From positions 9,219-73,218 of IMG/VR virus record IMGVR_UViG_3300034069_000432: a stretch of 64,000 nt of DNA, one strand, 5' to 3'. Made by a program: the position numbers and the translations under genes. The notes beneath the pieces are model-generated. The model was not told the DNA's origin and ran no database searches. It saw only the letters and a list, made by a program, of their open reading frames with translations. Of the stretch, positions 35,864-45,704 are shown piece by piece; within the stretch, counting starts at the first letter, position 1, and every line of letters begins with the position of its first letter. This DNA is from a virus.

Positions 35864-37738
35864 TTACGTGCCCTGGTTGTATGGCATAACGAACTCTGCC
35901 GACCAAGCGAATGCGAACTGAGTGTTCGCCACAGCAGCGCCGGTTGATGGGTTGTACAGCCTTACGGTGAACGTCGTGTCGTTATGGTCGTACACTTGCA
36001 GCGCGATTGCTCCGGAGTTGTAGAGCTGCAGCAGGATAAAATTCGGGTCGGAGTGGAACCCGTGAGTCACTACGACCAAGCCGTTGGCGTTGGAAGTAAC
36101 CAGTGCTGCAACGCTTTTACCCAGCGGGCACTGAATTATGCCTGTGCCGGTGAGCACTTGGGCACCGTTACCATTGGAGCGCAGGCAACGAACACCCAGT
36201 GGCGCATAAACGGCTGCTGGAGACACCACAGCGATTGCTGGCTTGCTGTTATTGCGCTTGTTCCAGCCCTCAATATGAGGCCTGCTGCTGAAGTTCAAGA
36301 TGTTGTTATTGCCCTCAACGTAGACCGCCTGCTCAGGAATGTTGGAAGCCAGGAAGCCGTCAATTTCCATACTGGCGCCGACAGCGCTGGAGAAAATAGC
36401 GTTGCCCACAGCGACACCATCCCAGCTAGTGCAGGTCAGGTTATCGAAGAACGAGGTGCTGCCGGGCGCAGTGTTCACCACGCCGAACGCCCCACCATCC
36501 AGGTCGAGGTTCGTGCACTTCAGTCGCGATGGAACGCCTTGCACGCCTTCAGCAAGTTGCAGGCCGTAGCGGTGCGCATAGCTAAAGTTGTCCGACATGA
36601 TGCAGTTGTCAGCGCGATAAAGCGCGTAAGCGATCGTGTTGCCTCGCGTGTAGTCCATTGCGAATGTGGATTCGTCCCAATACGGCCAATGGTGGCAGTT
36701 GGTGATATGCACCACGTCGAAATTGTTGTCGATCTGGATGAAAGAACCGAACGCCTGCCCTTTGATCTGGTTCAGTACAGCCCGCTGCTCGCAGTAGATG
36801 CCGCGCGTGGCTTTCAGCACGCAGACGTTATCAATCTCGCAGGCCCCGTAACCGGCCATATAGATGTCCCAGGTGTGCCCGGTCGGCGCAAAGCTAGAAT
36901 TGGTCGGGGTCGGCTGGTCGCGGATGGTGGCAAAATCCCGCATCGTCATGCCATTGGTGTTCGATGTAACCGTAGTGCTATTGCTTTGCTCGATTCCTCG
37001 GCCGCTGTGAGCAAAGTAGAAGTAGCTGCCGTAACGGGTCTGCGCCCCCATGCTGCGGCGGTATCCGGTATCGAACCCGTCACCGATCAGGCGGAAGCTG
37101 TTCTTGATTTTCAGCGTCGCAGTGGTCTTGTACACGCCAGCAGGCATGCGAAGATAAGCGCCGGTGGTTGCAGCCCAGTCGAAAGCGGCCTGCACTGCTG
37201 TCGTGTCATCGACAATCCCATCGCCCTTGGCACCAAAGTCGTCGATCACATTACGCACATACGCCGTGCCTTTCTTCAGACTGTCGAGCAATGCTTGGAC
37301 AGTCGTCGTCGCACCCACTGGCGTAAGTGCCCCAATGCGCGCTGCACCACCTGATGCGGCCAGATCCTGACGCAGTACGAAGTCGCCACGGTTGACGAAC
37401 TTGGGCGCATCGGTAGTCCAGTTGTTGACGGTCGTGTAGGGTAACGTCAGAGCTGCCGAGGCGCTGTAGAACTGACCGCCATGCGTGAACACCTGATTGC
37501 GCCGCGTGATCGTCAACGGTCCGTTTGCATCGTAGTCACCGATATCGACAAACCCTGTGTTCACCAGCGCAGTGTTGGCTTGGTTCTCAATCCCCTTGTA
37601 AGACAGGCGCATGACGCCAAAACGATCAGGGTACTGATCCATCGGACCGTTTGCCCAGTAGTCGAGATTCTGGCCGTTGTCGTAAACGTCTTTTACCGCG
37701 TAGGAGCCCAACGGGTTCATGGTTGCGTAAGTTGTCAT
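35864..37738 (-). CDS. Tailspike/depolymerase (pectate-lyase-like beta-helix), RBP 1
   Basis: MTTYATMNPLGS...DNGQNLD virion-anchor N-term; DFGAKGDGIVDDTTAVQAA. Confidence 0.85.
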   Translation of the reverse strand: MTTYATMNPLGSYAVKDVYDNGQNLDYWANGPMDQYPDRFGVMRLSYKGIENQANTALVNTGFVDIGDYDANGPLTITRRNQVFTHGGQFYSASAALTLPYTTVNNWTTDAPKFVNRGDFVLRQDLAASGGAARIGALTPVGATTTVQALLDSLKKGTAYVRNVIDDFGAKGDGIVDDTTAVQAAFDWAATTGAYLRMPAGVYKTTATLKIKNSFRLIGDGFDTGYRRSMGAQTRYGSYFYFAHSGRGIEQSNSTTVTSNTNGMTMRDFATIRDQPTPTNSSFAPTGHTWDIYMAGYGACEIDNVCVLKATRGIYCEQRAVLNQIKGQAFGSFIQIDNNFDVVHITNCHHWPYWDESTFAMDYTRGNTIAYALYRADNCIMSDNFSYAHRYGLQLAEGVQGVPSRLKCTNLDLDGGAFGVVNTAPGSTSFFDNLTCTSWDGVAVGNAIFSSAVGASMEIDGFLASNIPEQAVYVEGNNNILNFSSRPHIEGWNKRNNSKPAIAVVSPAAVYAPLGVRCLRSNGNGAQVLTGTGIIQCPLGKSVAALVTSNANGLVVVTHGFHSDPNFILLQLYNSGAIALQVYDHNDTTFTVRLYNPSTGAAVANTQFAFAWSAEFVMPYNQGT

Positions 37739-39450
37739 TGGGCGGCCTCAAGTTTTTCCAATCGATCAGTCAATAGCGTTTGCGTGCGGCGCATGAGCGC
37801 AGATTCCAAAACCAATGCCTCTTCGTAACGAATGCCGTAACGGTCGCCGGCTTTCACTGCTGGCACCACTTGGTCGGTTTCTTCGTCTTCGGCGCCTTCC
37901 TGCGCTTCCCATTCGTCATAGCACAAAAGGCCGTAGGCAAACGCATCGAGTCCGGCTTCCTCGAAGGCCGCTTTAACGCGTTGGGCGATCACGCCGAAGT
38001 GCCAGCGCGCCTCTTTGCCCTTGCTTGCCTTGGCTTCTTTCATGCGGAACATCTGGAATTCAACAGCCTGCCAAGCATCTAGCACCTTGTCGGGAATAGC
38101 CTTAATGTCAGTCTTGAAGCGCTCGTCAGAAGTCGAGATTGTGCTCGTCGCGGCAAACACCTGCGACCATAGGTTGCCTGCTTTGCCCAGCGAAAGCCCG
38201 GAGGTGGTAAGCGGGAACAGGGCTGCCTGGTCCAGCGACATGAAGTTGTCGGCACCGGCTGCAGTCTTGGCGGACCAGTCCAGGCGGCTCGTTGCAAAGC
38301 CCCCGGAGAATGCTGCGGTCTGGTAGAGGCGCGCGGATGCCAATACAACCTCAGTGCCAGCGTTGTTGCCGCTCCAGCTATCCAGTTTGACAAGGGTGTT
38401 GTTGACAGTGGTTGCCCCGCCGCGCGTGCCCCGTGTGTAGCAAGGGCCGTCAACAGAGTATTGCTGAAGAATGTCAGACTTGACGTAGGACGCCATGCCC
38501 GAAGAGCCGGAGAGGTGCCAGCCAATCTGATACCCGTAAGGCATCGATACAACTTCACCGGTTTCTATGGAGTTCTGGTAAACCACCCAGCCGCGTTGGA
38601 ACTTGCGACCTACGGGAATCACACCGATTGCGGCGGACGAATTGTAGTCACCAAGCGCGCTCAACCACAGCCCCACTGTTACGCCAGTAGTTTCGCCTGG
38701 CTGCTGGTAGGGATTGGTTGACACCACTGGCGCATAGTTGAAAGAACTCAACTCAGCAGTGAAAGCGTTTCCGGTTCCCGCCAAGGCTCGGATCGACTCC
38801 CCGTAAAAAGCCCATCCTGTTTTTGGCGTAGCAACGTTGTCGTTGTACATCTGAGCGCCAACGCCGATGGAAGCCTGATCAGCACCATTACGCCCGGAGG
38901 TAAAGGTGAAACCAGACACGCCCCCAGCAGCACGATTCGACGCACCCATAAGCTGGGCAGCGAGCAAGCGTCCGGTTTTCTTCTGGTTGGTATATGCAGA
39001 GTCGCCCACGTAGATCGTGCCGTACTGGTCGATACCACTGAAACGAAAGATCGTGCCAGTCAGCCGAGTGGTATCGGTCTGGTACGCAGGAGCAACGCCC
39101 GGCAAGCCATTGATGTCGGTACCGGGAGGGAGCCACCAAGTGCCAGGCGGCGTGGGGCCGCTCAAGTAGTAGGACTTGTTATTTTCAAGCTCAATCGGCG
39201 GCCCGCGATGCGCTCCACCATGGCTTAGAGTTTCTGCGTAATTGGCTGCCGCAGTGAACGCCGCCAGGTCATCCGTCACACCGTCACCAACCGGATTGAA
39301 TCGGGAAATCTGAACGTTGCCGCGCTTTAGAAACGAGGCCGCAGGAATCTGCTTTGTCACGCCAGCTTGAATGCCTAGCAGCACATCGTTGTCACCGACG
39401 CTATCGGCAATGGGCAGTTCTGAGCCCTTTTTTAGTGGCAAGTCGGCCAT
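37735..39450 (-). CDS. Tail fibre with C-terminal S74 intramolecular chaperone, RBP 2
   Basis: VGDGVTDDLAAF; TSDERFKTDI, HFGVIAQRV, YGIRYEE. Confidence 0.85.
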   Translation of the reverse strand: MADLPLKKGSELPIADSVGDNDVLLGIQAGVTKQIPAASFLKRGNVQISRFNPVGDGVTDDLAAFTAAANYAETLSHGGAHRGPPIELENNKSYYLSGPTPPGTWWLPPGTDINGLPGVAPAYQTDTTRLTGTIFRFSGIDQYGTIYVGDSAYTNQKKTGRLLAAQLMGASNRAAGGVSGFTFTSGRNGADQASIGVGAQMYNDNVATPKTGWAFYGESIRALAGTGNAFTAELSSFNYAPVVSTNPYQQPGETTGVTVGLWLSALGDYNSSAAIGVIPVGRKFQRGWVVYQNSIETGEVVSMPYGYQIGWHLSGSSGMASYVKSDILQQYSVDGPCYTRGTRGGATTVNNTLVKLDSWSGNNAGTEVVLASARLYQTAAFSGGFATSRLDWSAKTAAGADNFMSLDQAALFPLTTSGLSLGKAGNLWSQVFAATSTISTSDERFKTDIKAIPDKVLDAWQAVEFQMFRMKEAKASKGKEARWHFGVIAQRVKAAFEEAGLDAFAYGLLCYDEWEAQEGAEDEETDQVVPAVKAGDRYGIRYEEALVLESALMRRTQTLLTDRLEKLEAAQ

Positions 39451-39455
39451 GCTGG

Positions 39456-39977
39456 TTACTCCGTAGTCAGGCCGAAGCCGTCTTCAGTGGTCAAAATAAA
39501 GTCGTCCTGCGTGATCAGCGCGTAGCTGATAACCAGCGGCCATTCGCGATTCATGGCGTAATCAAAAATGTCTGCGTACAAAATGTACTCCGGTAGCAAT
39601 TCAGCCCATCCTTCAACAACCAATGGCTTTTCTCTCACTTCAAGAACGGCTGTGAATCTCCATCGATCAACGCCTATAAGCACGCCGGCAGAAGGTGTGC
39701 CCGCGAATCTGACTTCCTCGTCTTGATAGGCGATTGGGCTAAGGACTGGGAATGTCCACCAGTCTGCTTTCGCCACCTGAGAAACCCAGGCCTCGTAAAG
39801 CCTTGCTTCGGGCGCCGTAAAAAGGAAAGTGACCGAGACATTGGTAGGCTTGCTGTCGAACTCCACGCGCTGCCTGGCTCGCCCCGAATCCATTTTGGTC
39901 CGGACGATCCAGTCAATGTCCTCGAATCCGTAGTCGTCCCGGATCGGCTTAGGCAGACCATCAGGATAGCGGGTCAT
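39456..39977 (-). CDS. Distal tail protein (M-like) with C-terminal extension
   Basis: RTKMDSGRARQR; follows TMP; extra ITQDDFILTTEDGFGLTTE tail. Confidence 0.8.
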   Translation of the reverse strand: MTRYPDGLPKPIRDDYGFEDIDWIVRTKMDSGRARQRVEFDSKPTNVSVTFLFTAPEARLYEAWVSQVAKADWWTFPVLSPIAYQDEEVRFAGTPSAGVLIGVDRWRFTAVLEVREKPLVVEGWAELLPEYILYADIFDYAMNREWPLVISYALITQDDFILTTEDGFGLTTE

Positions 39978-42900
39978 GAGCCCACCCGGCGCAGGCCATA
40001 CGTACGCTCAAGCACTGTAGCCGCATCGCCCTGCTGCTGGATGTTGGAAACGAATCCCACGATCTGAGTTTCTCCGTTGACTTCGCTTTGCTGAACCGTT
40101 CCGGCTTTGCTGGCGTCTTCTTTGAAGACTACCGAGACGTTGGCGCCCTGCTTGCCCTGACCGCCGGCGCCGCTGGTATATGACTGCGTATTAGCGCTGG
40201 CCTGCATATTACCATTACGCATGGCATCCAGGGCGCTAACACCGATGCGGGCAGTGCTAGCAGCATCAATTACGTACTCGCCTTTATGCACAATACCGGC
40301 CACTTCAGACTTCCCGCCGTCACCGGTGTAGCCGCCCTTCTCGAAACCAGCCACCGACCCGGCTGCCAGCGTAGCTGCCAGTGCAGTCGTGCTGGTCAGA
40401 GCAGCGGCAGCCGGCACACTGTTAGAACCAAACGAGCCAAGCGATGCCAGTGCAGCAGCAGGAGCCCACACAGCCGCCGTGGCAGTCGCGGTCGCAGCAG
40501 ACACGCCTACAGAGGCAGCAGCGATGGACTGCCCAAGCGTAGCGTTGACCGCGTACTGGATACCCAGCTTGACCAACGAGGAGATAAGCTGCGTTTCGAT
40601 CGTGGTCGCTACCGCTGCCAGGCTTGTGCGAAGGTTATCGCCCGACACAACTGAGCGCGCGATGCTGTCAGATATACCATCTGTCAGCGATGTAAATACG
40701 CCAGAGACGAGGTCTTTGGTAGTCGCCGCAATGTTCGCAGACTGGTCTAGAAAGTCCTGAAACGCGCTGCTCGCGCCATTGACCCAGTCGCCGTTCGCCG
40801 CAGTGATATCGTCGTAGTTCTTGAGGATCTGCGCGGTAGCATCGTCGTGCGCCTTCGCTAGCGCCTCAACCTTGGCTGTGTACTCCGTGTCCGACATCGC
40901 CCTGGACGGGTCAGACTGCTGATCAGCGAGCGTGGCGGATGCCGATGCGTAGCGGTCATCGTTTGAGTTCAGCTGCCCGGATAGCCCGGTCTGGCGAGTG
41001 CCACGGCCAACGTCTGCGACTGCGCGCTGCCCGGACTTAACTAGCGCTTCCTGCTGCAAGTTCAGTGCATCGACGTACTTCTGGATAGAGGCAACTTCTT
41101 TTGCGCGCGCCCCCTCCGCCTCAGTAGCGGCGATTGCCTGCTGGCTAGCATTATCCTTCGCGGCCTTGCTGGCAGCAGCTTGCGCATCAGCGATCTTCTC
41201 GTTGATCTGGATGCGCTGGGCAGCGGTGGTACTGGACTTGTCGCGGACAGCCTCAAGGGCGGTTATCTCGGCCGCGTACGCCGACTGGGTTTCTTCATTC
41301 TCCGCGCGCAGCAGGGTCAGCTTCTGATCGTTGTACTGCTGCTGACTGATCAGCCCGGCCTTACGGCTTGCATCGAGCTCTTTTTCCGCGTTGTTGTACT
41401 GTCCAACGATCGCAGCAAGGGCGTTTTTCTGGTCGTTGAATGCAGATAGGTCGACTGAGCCAGCTGCGGCCTTAGGGTCTTTGTTCTTTTCAGCGATGTT
41501 CGCCAGACCGCGCTTGACCGCATCCGGCTGCACTTCCGGAGCGTCCGGGTTAGCCAGGCGGATCTTCTCAATGTTCTTGAGGTACTTTTCGCTTTCCTTG
41601 GTCCGCTTCTCGGCGTTGGTCAGGTTGGCGTCGTTCTGAGCTTTGATTGCTATTCCAGCAGTGATGCCTTCGCGCTGGATCCGCGCATTCTCTTCCTGAT
41701 ACTGTCCCTTGGCTTTCTCTGCATCGATCTGCAGAGTTACCAGATTCAATTCGGCCTTAAGTGAGTCTTGAGACCTGCCACCGCCGCCGCGCGGACCAGT
41801 GCCGGCGCCGCCATTATTGATGGCCGCCTGCAGCTCAGCCTGACGCGATGCGAGTGTCTGGTCACGACCAACGCTCAGCGTCGCATCAAGCGCTCCTTTA
41901 GCAGCGTTCTTGACAGCCAGCCAACCGCGCTCGATGTAGCCAAGGTTCTGCGTAATCTCGCCGGCACGCTCTTGAACGGTGCTGGCATAGGTATCAGTCA
42001 GCAGCTTGACCGCGCCGACCTCATCGCCCTGCGCCTGGAGCGCGACGATCTGCGCGTATACGGACTGCGTGAGGAAGTTGTATTGGTCGTTCAGCTCTTT
42101 TGCGGCCGCTACCGGATCCTTACCGATCTTCACGAACTCGGCGACTGTCTCAGATGCGGCCTTGCCCGTGGCTTGCTCCATGCTCAGGGCAGCCCGGGTG
42201 ATTTCCTCGAATGAACTTGCAGCCACCTTGCCAGACCCAGCAAGCTGAGTCAGAACTTCAGCAGCAGCGCCAGTGGTGCCAACAGTGTTCGATATCTGTG
42301 CGGCCAGCGTGGATAGCTGATTTGCACTGGTGCCGGCAGCGTTGCCGGAAGTAATCAGCGCAGTATTGAAGGCCGTGGTTTCCTGCGCGCCTTTAGCGTA
42401 AGCCACACCTATTGCTACCGCGGCAGCTGCGGCAATCGTGAACGGATTCACCAAACCCAGGACATACCCGCCCAGCGCCCGAGCGGCATTACCAGCCCCG
42501 CCGAACATATCCTTTAGCTGTCCGCCCTGCTGCAGGAACACGGTGAGCGGAGCCTGTCCGCCTTGCAGGCTGGTCACGATGTCGGTGAACTGCGCCGGCA
42601 CACCGCGCAGGGCTGCGGCTGTCTGCTTGGCACTGATGCCGGTCTTGGTGAGAGAGTCGTCTACAGCCTTGTTGGCCGTTACGACCTTTGACGAAGCATT
42701 AGCCTGCGCGGTTGTGGCAGCTGTGACTTGCCCAATAGATGCCGCTGCGGTAGTGAACGAATGAGATGCTTTATCAACAGACGCACCTACAGTCGCCATC
42801 AGCTTAGCGGTGGTGTCCTGCTTTGCGTTTAGGAGTTGTAGCTCTCTGACGATCTGCTGGGTATCAGCCGCGATCGATGTTGCAGTCTTGTCCCAGGCGG

Positions 42901-43024
42901 CGCCGGTAGTCTTGGCGCCAACCTCGGCCTTTTTGCCAGCGTCTACCAGCTTGTCTAGGTCGGTGGCCGCTTTGTCGACACCATCTGACTTAATTTCGAT
43001 GCCGAGCTGGGCAATGTCGACCAT
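39974..43024 (-). CDS. Tape measure protein (lambda-type)
   Basis: 1016 aa Ala-rich; PAQFTDIVTSLQGGQAPLTVFLQQGGQ; GIVHKGEYV. Confidence 0.95.
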   Translation of the reverse strand: MVDIAQLGIEIKSDGVDKAATDLDKLVDAGKKAEVGAKTTGAAWDKTATSIAADTQQIVRELQLLNAKQDTTAKLMATVGASVDKASHSFTTAAASIGQVTAATTAQANASSKVVTANKAVDDSLTKTGISAKQTAAALRGVPAQFTDIVTSLQGGQAPLTVFLQQGGQLKDMFGGAGNAARALGGYVLGLVNPFTIAAAAAVAIGVAYAKGAQETTAFNTALITSGNAAGTSANQLSTLAAQISNTVGTTGAAAEVLTQLAGSGKVAASSFEEITRAALSMEQATGKAASETVAEFVKIGKDPVAAAKELNDQYNFLTQSVYAQIVALQAQGDEVGAVKLLTDTYASTVQERAGEITQNLGYIERGWLAVKNAAKGALDATLSVGRDQTLASRQAELQAAINNGGAGTGPRGGGGRSQDSLKAELNLVTLQIDAEKAKGQYQEENARIQREGITAGIAIKAQNDANLTNAEKRTKESEKYLKNIEKIRLANPDAPEVQPDAVKRGLANIAEKNKDPKAAAGSVDLSAFNDQKNALAAIVGQYNNAEKELDASRKAGLISQQQYNDQKLTLLRAENEETQSAYAAEITALEAVRDKSSTTAAQRIQINEKIADAQAAASKAAKDNASQQAIAATEAEGARAKEVASIQKYVDALNLQQEALVKSGQRAVADVGRGTRQTGLSGQLNSNDDRYASASATLADQQSDPSRAMSDTEYTAKVEALAKAHDDATAQILKNYDDITAANGDWVNGASSAFQDFLDQSANIAATTKDLVSGVFTSLTDGISDSIARSVVSGDNLRTSLAAVATTIETQLISSLVKLGIQYAVNATLGQSIAAASVGVSAATATATAAVWAPAAALASLGSFGSNSVPAAAALTSTTALAATLAAGSVAGFEKGGYTGDGGKSEVAGIVHKGEYVIDAASTARIGVSALDAMRNGNMQASANTQSYTSGAGGQGKQGANVSVVFKEDASKAGTVQQSEVNGETQIVGFVSNIQQQGDAATVLERTYGLRRVGS

Positions 43025-43034
43025 GGTGGTACCC

Positions 43035-43741
43035 TTATTTAGACGGCGGTTTCATTTCTTCGATCACGCTGAGCGCTTCCGACTCCATAATTTGGAGGTC
43101 TGCAAACGCCTGCGACCTTGCACTCTTCTTGATGCCGATCAACTTCATCACAGTGACCAGTGGAGTGTAATTGATCCCGGTGGCGCCGCCCATGCCTACA
43201 TTCCATTGCGTCGACATTGCTTGAAAAAGGCAAAAAGAAGGCCAGTTAACTGGCCATACTTCGTAGTCGTCTTCGAGAACGTCTTCAGGCGTCAGGCCGA
43301 AAATACTCAGCTCGGTGGCTGACGCCGATCCCTGATAAAGCGCGCGGACTACGCCTCTAAGTTTCCCAGGCGGGACCGTTGGAAGGCTTCCTGATAGGTG
43401 CTGATGACGGCGGCCGGCACGGATACGGATGTCTTGACGAGGGCCATGACAGACTCATCGTTAAACTCGTCGTCGAAGTCCCATCCGATCACAATGTCCT
43501 TGATCTGCTTGCACTGAGTTTCCATCATGCCAGCGGTGAACGCAGGAAGATCAAGCTCACCCTCGGAGAACTTCTCCTGCACGGCCAGCGAGTCATCGGC
43601 CCACTGCTTAAACAGCTTAGCCAGCGCATCACGGTCCATGTACTTGAACGTGAACGGGACTTCAATCGGGTCGCCGCCGACGCGAGGGATCTTGACGAGG
43701 GAGGTAAACGTTGGCTCAGGCTGAATCTTGAACTTTGCCAT
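43035..43741 (-). CDS. Tail assembly chaperone G-T frameshift product
   Basis: G GGA AAC at 43361-43367; -1 frame open to 43035 (WPVNWP...MSTQW...GINY). Confidence 0.85.
43349..43741 (-). CDS. Tail assembly chaperone (G)
   Basis: FTSLVKIPRVGG, IVIGWDFDDEF. Confidence 0.9.
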   Translation of the reverse strand: MAKFKIQPEPTFTSLVKIPRVGGDPIEVPFTFKYMDRDALAKLFKQWADDSLAVQEKFSEGELDLPAFTAGMMETQCKQIKDIVIGWDFDDEFNDESVMALVKTSVSVPAAVISTYQEAFQRSRLGNLEA

Positions 43742-43753
43742 GGATGGGATTCC

Positions 43754-44398
43754 TTACGATGCGTAGCGGGTTGGGCGAGCGATTAGCGACACGGTGATGG
43801 TGCGCGTCATCAGTTGGTTACGAGTCAGCGCAGGGGTCTGGCTGATCGTGATGTAAGCGTTGTACAGGATCGAAGAACCGCCCGGCAGGTTCAGGCGCAG
43901 CACGCGCGGCAAACGGTCTTGGTCGGCTGCCTCACACAGGGCAACGTATGGCTGCGAAGGATCATCAGCGACGGTGAACGTCATGCTGATAGGGTTCTTC
44001 GTGGTCGGAATCTGGCGGTCGTCGTTCTCTGCCAGGAAACCGAAGGTATAGAACTGCTGGTCGCCGCCAGTGGTCGCCACGTCGGTGATCTGGTTGATTT
44101 CAGCCCAAGTCAAGACTTTGCGCGCGGAGCCGACGCCGGAACCCACTGCATAGCGCGTGGTGTCCGTGGTGTCGATGCCTTCGAGCGAGTACTGAGTGCC
44201 AGACGGCGCTGCTACGCGAACGGCGCGACCAGTCAGCGCCGACCAGCCCGAAGTCTGCTCGACGATATCACCAGCGGCGAAGGTGTTCGTTGCGGTTGCC
44301 ACTGCTGGCAGTGCGTTAGTCACTGCGGTTACGGAAACTGGGGTCGCGTAAGTCGCGGCCATTTGAAGTGTTGCACCGTTTGGGAGCCGGAACGCCAT
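43754..44398 (-). CDS. Major tail tube protein
   Basis: MAFRLPNGAT..., GGDQQF, LRLNLPGGS. Confidence 0.9.
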   Translation of the reverse strand: MAFRLPNGATLQMAATYATPVSVTAVTNALPAVATATNTFAAGDIVEQTSGWSALTGRAVRVAAPSGTQYSLEGIDTTDTTRYAVGSGVGSARKVLTWAEINQITDVATTGGDQQFYTFGFLAENDDRQIPTTKNPISMTFTVADDPSQPYVALCEAADQDRLPRVLRLNLPGGSSILYNAYITISQTPALTRNQLMTRTITVSLIARPTRYAS

Positions 44399-44449
44399 GA
44401 TTTCCTCACTTTTCTGGCTTTTGCCAGTGTCTAGATGGTTGAAGCCAGA

Positions 44450-44872
44450 TTATTGAGTGTTGACATCCGCGCGATACGACACAGACGCCGGCACAGTATA
44501 CGTCGAATCGTCCGTAATTGCAGGCCCTTGCGCGACTGGCGTGTAGACCATTACGGGGAATTTAGCTGGGTCGGGGTAGAGGTAGAGCGGGAACAGGACG
44601 CCGAGCTCTGCGACGATCTGCTTCAGCGGGCCAGAGCCCTTGCCAATAGGGGCAATGACGTTGACCTGGAAGATCCCCTGATACTCGCGATGCTGGCCGC
44701 GCAGGTCTTGGGAGTCGGTGATTGATGGCAGCGTGAAGGCGCGCAGATAGGTCTCCCCCGCTGCTGGACTGAACGCCGCATTCTGGTAAGCGATGCGAAG
44801 CGCCGGCACCCGGGCAGCGGCCCATGTCGCCAGCCTGGCTTCGAAGATCTGTTGGCAAAGTAGGTGGCTCAT
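44450..44872 (-). CDS. Tail terminator (DUF4128-like)
   Basis: IAYQNAAFSP, YQGIFQVNVIAPIGKG. Confidence 0.85.
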   Translation of the reverse strand: MSHLLCQQIFEARLATWAAARVPALRIAYQNAAFSPAAGETYLRAFTLPSITDSQDLRGQHREYQGIFQVNVIAPIGKGSGPLKQIVAELGVLFPLYLYPDPAKFPVMVYTPVAQGPAITDDSTYTVPASVSYRADVNTQ

Positions 44873-45312
44873 TTGGCCTCGTTCAGCGCTGCGGCAGCGG
44901 CTACTATTTTTTCGAATTGGGCGATGGTGATTCTAATTACGCCACTTGGAGCTTGACTAGAGTGGCCATACTCCAAACTGATCGCATAGACCAAGTTCGA
45001 CACAAAATACGCTACCTGGCTGGTATCCCACTGCGCCACTCGAGCGTTCAGCTCAGCAAGCGCTATGGTTCCTTCTTTATCGTAGCGGATCGGGCTGAAA
45101 TTGGCAGGGGCGCCGACGGTGAACTGGAAAGATCCCTTGAAGCGTCCGGTATCCACGGGCGCAAGGTTGATGATCGTCTCGCCGATCTGAATCACTACGT
45201 CTTTGATGGTCTGCTCAATCGACGCCATGGCTTTCTGCTTGAACTGGTCGAGCTGAAGGCTAAACGAACCGGTCAGTCCGCCGTAGCGTTCCTTCATGTG
45301 GTTGCCGGCCAT
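44869..45312 (-). CDS. Tail completion protein (HK97 gp10-like)
   Basis: APVDTGRFKGS, YAISLEYGHSSQAPSG. Confidence 0.85.
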   Translation of the reverse strand: MAGNHMKERYGGLTGSFSLQLDQFKQKAMASIEQTIKDVVIQIGETIINLAPVDTGRFKGSFQFTVGAPANFSPIRYDKEGTIALAELNARVAQWDTSQVAYFVSNLVYAISLEYGHSSQAPSGVIRITIAQFEKIVAAAAALNEAK

Positions 45313-45704
45313 CAGAGACGCGCCTGCACTTGGAAGCCGACTGCGAGGCCTGCGTAGTTCCACGGCTGGACGTTATGGGCCTTGTACGAGACACCGTCGA
45401 ACAGCAGGTCATCACCGAGCAGCGGCGCCGGCATATCCGAGCCATCAAGCTGCACAGGCGAAACCAGCAGCTTCACATCCGTCTGCTTAATCAGCGTGCC
45501 GTCGATATCGTCCTGAGCGTAGGTGTCGCGGAAGGCGGACCCGTCGTACTCGACTACGGTGTCGCCGGTAGTGGCGCTGGTTGCTGGGTCGTACACGCCT
45601 GGAATGGTGCGCGAGACGGTGAGCTCTAGGCCTTTGCCGCCCTTTGAGCGCGGGGATAGCAGTCTGGTGGCTAGAGCTTTGGAGCGGTCGTAGATGTCAG
45701 GCAT
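45312..45704 (-). CDS. Head closure/stopper protein
   Basis: YDPAT, IDGTLIKQTDVKL, FQVQAR. Confidence 0.8.
   Translation of the reverse strand: MPDIYDRSKALATRLLSPRSKGGKGLELTVSRTIPGVYDPATSATTGDTVVEYDGSAFRDTYAQDDIDGTLIKQTDVKLLVSPVQLDGSDMPAPLLGDDLLFDGVSYKAHNVQPWNYAGLAVGFQVQARL

Noticed and set aside
35984-37354. 456 aa + strand ORF (likewise 6619..7653, 51052..51870, 41768..42214 and many others)
   Set aside because: Antisense shadows of well-supported genes in GC-rich DNA; no motifs or RBS.
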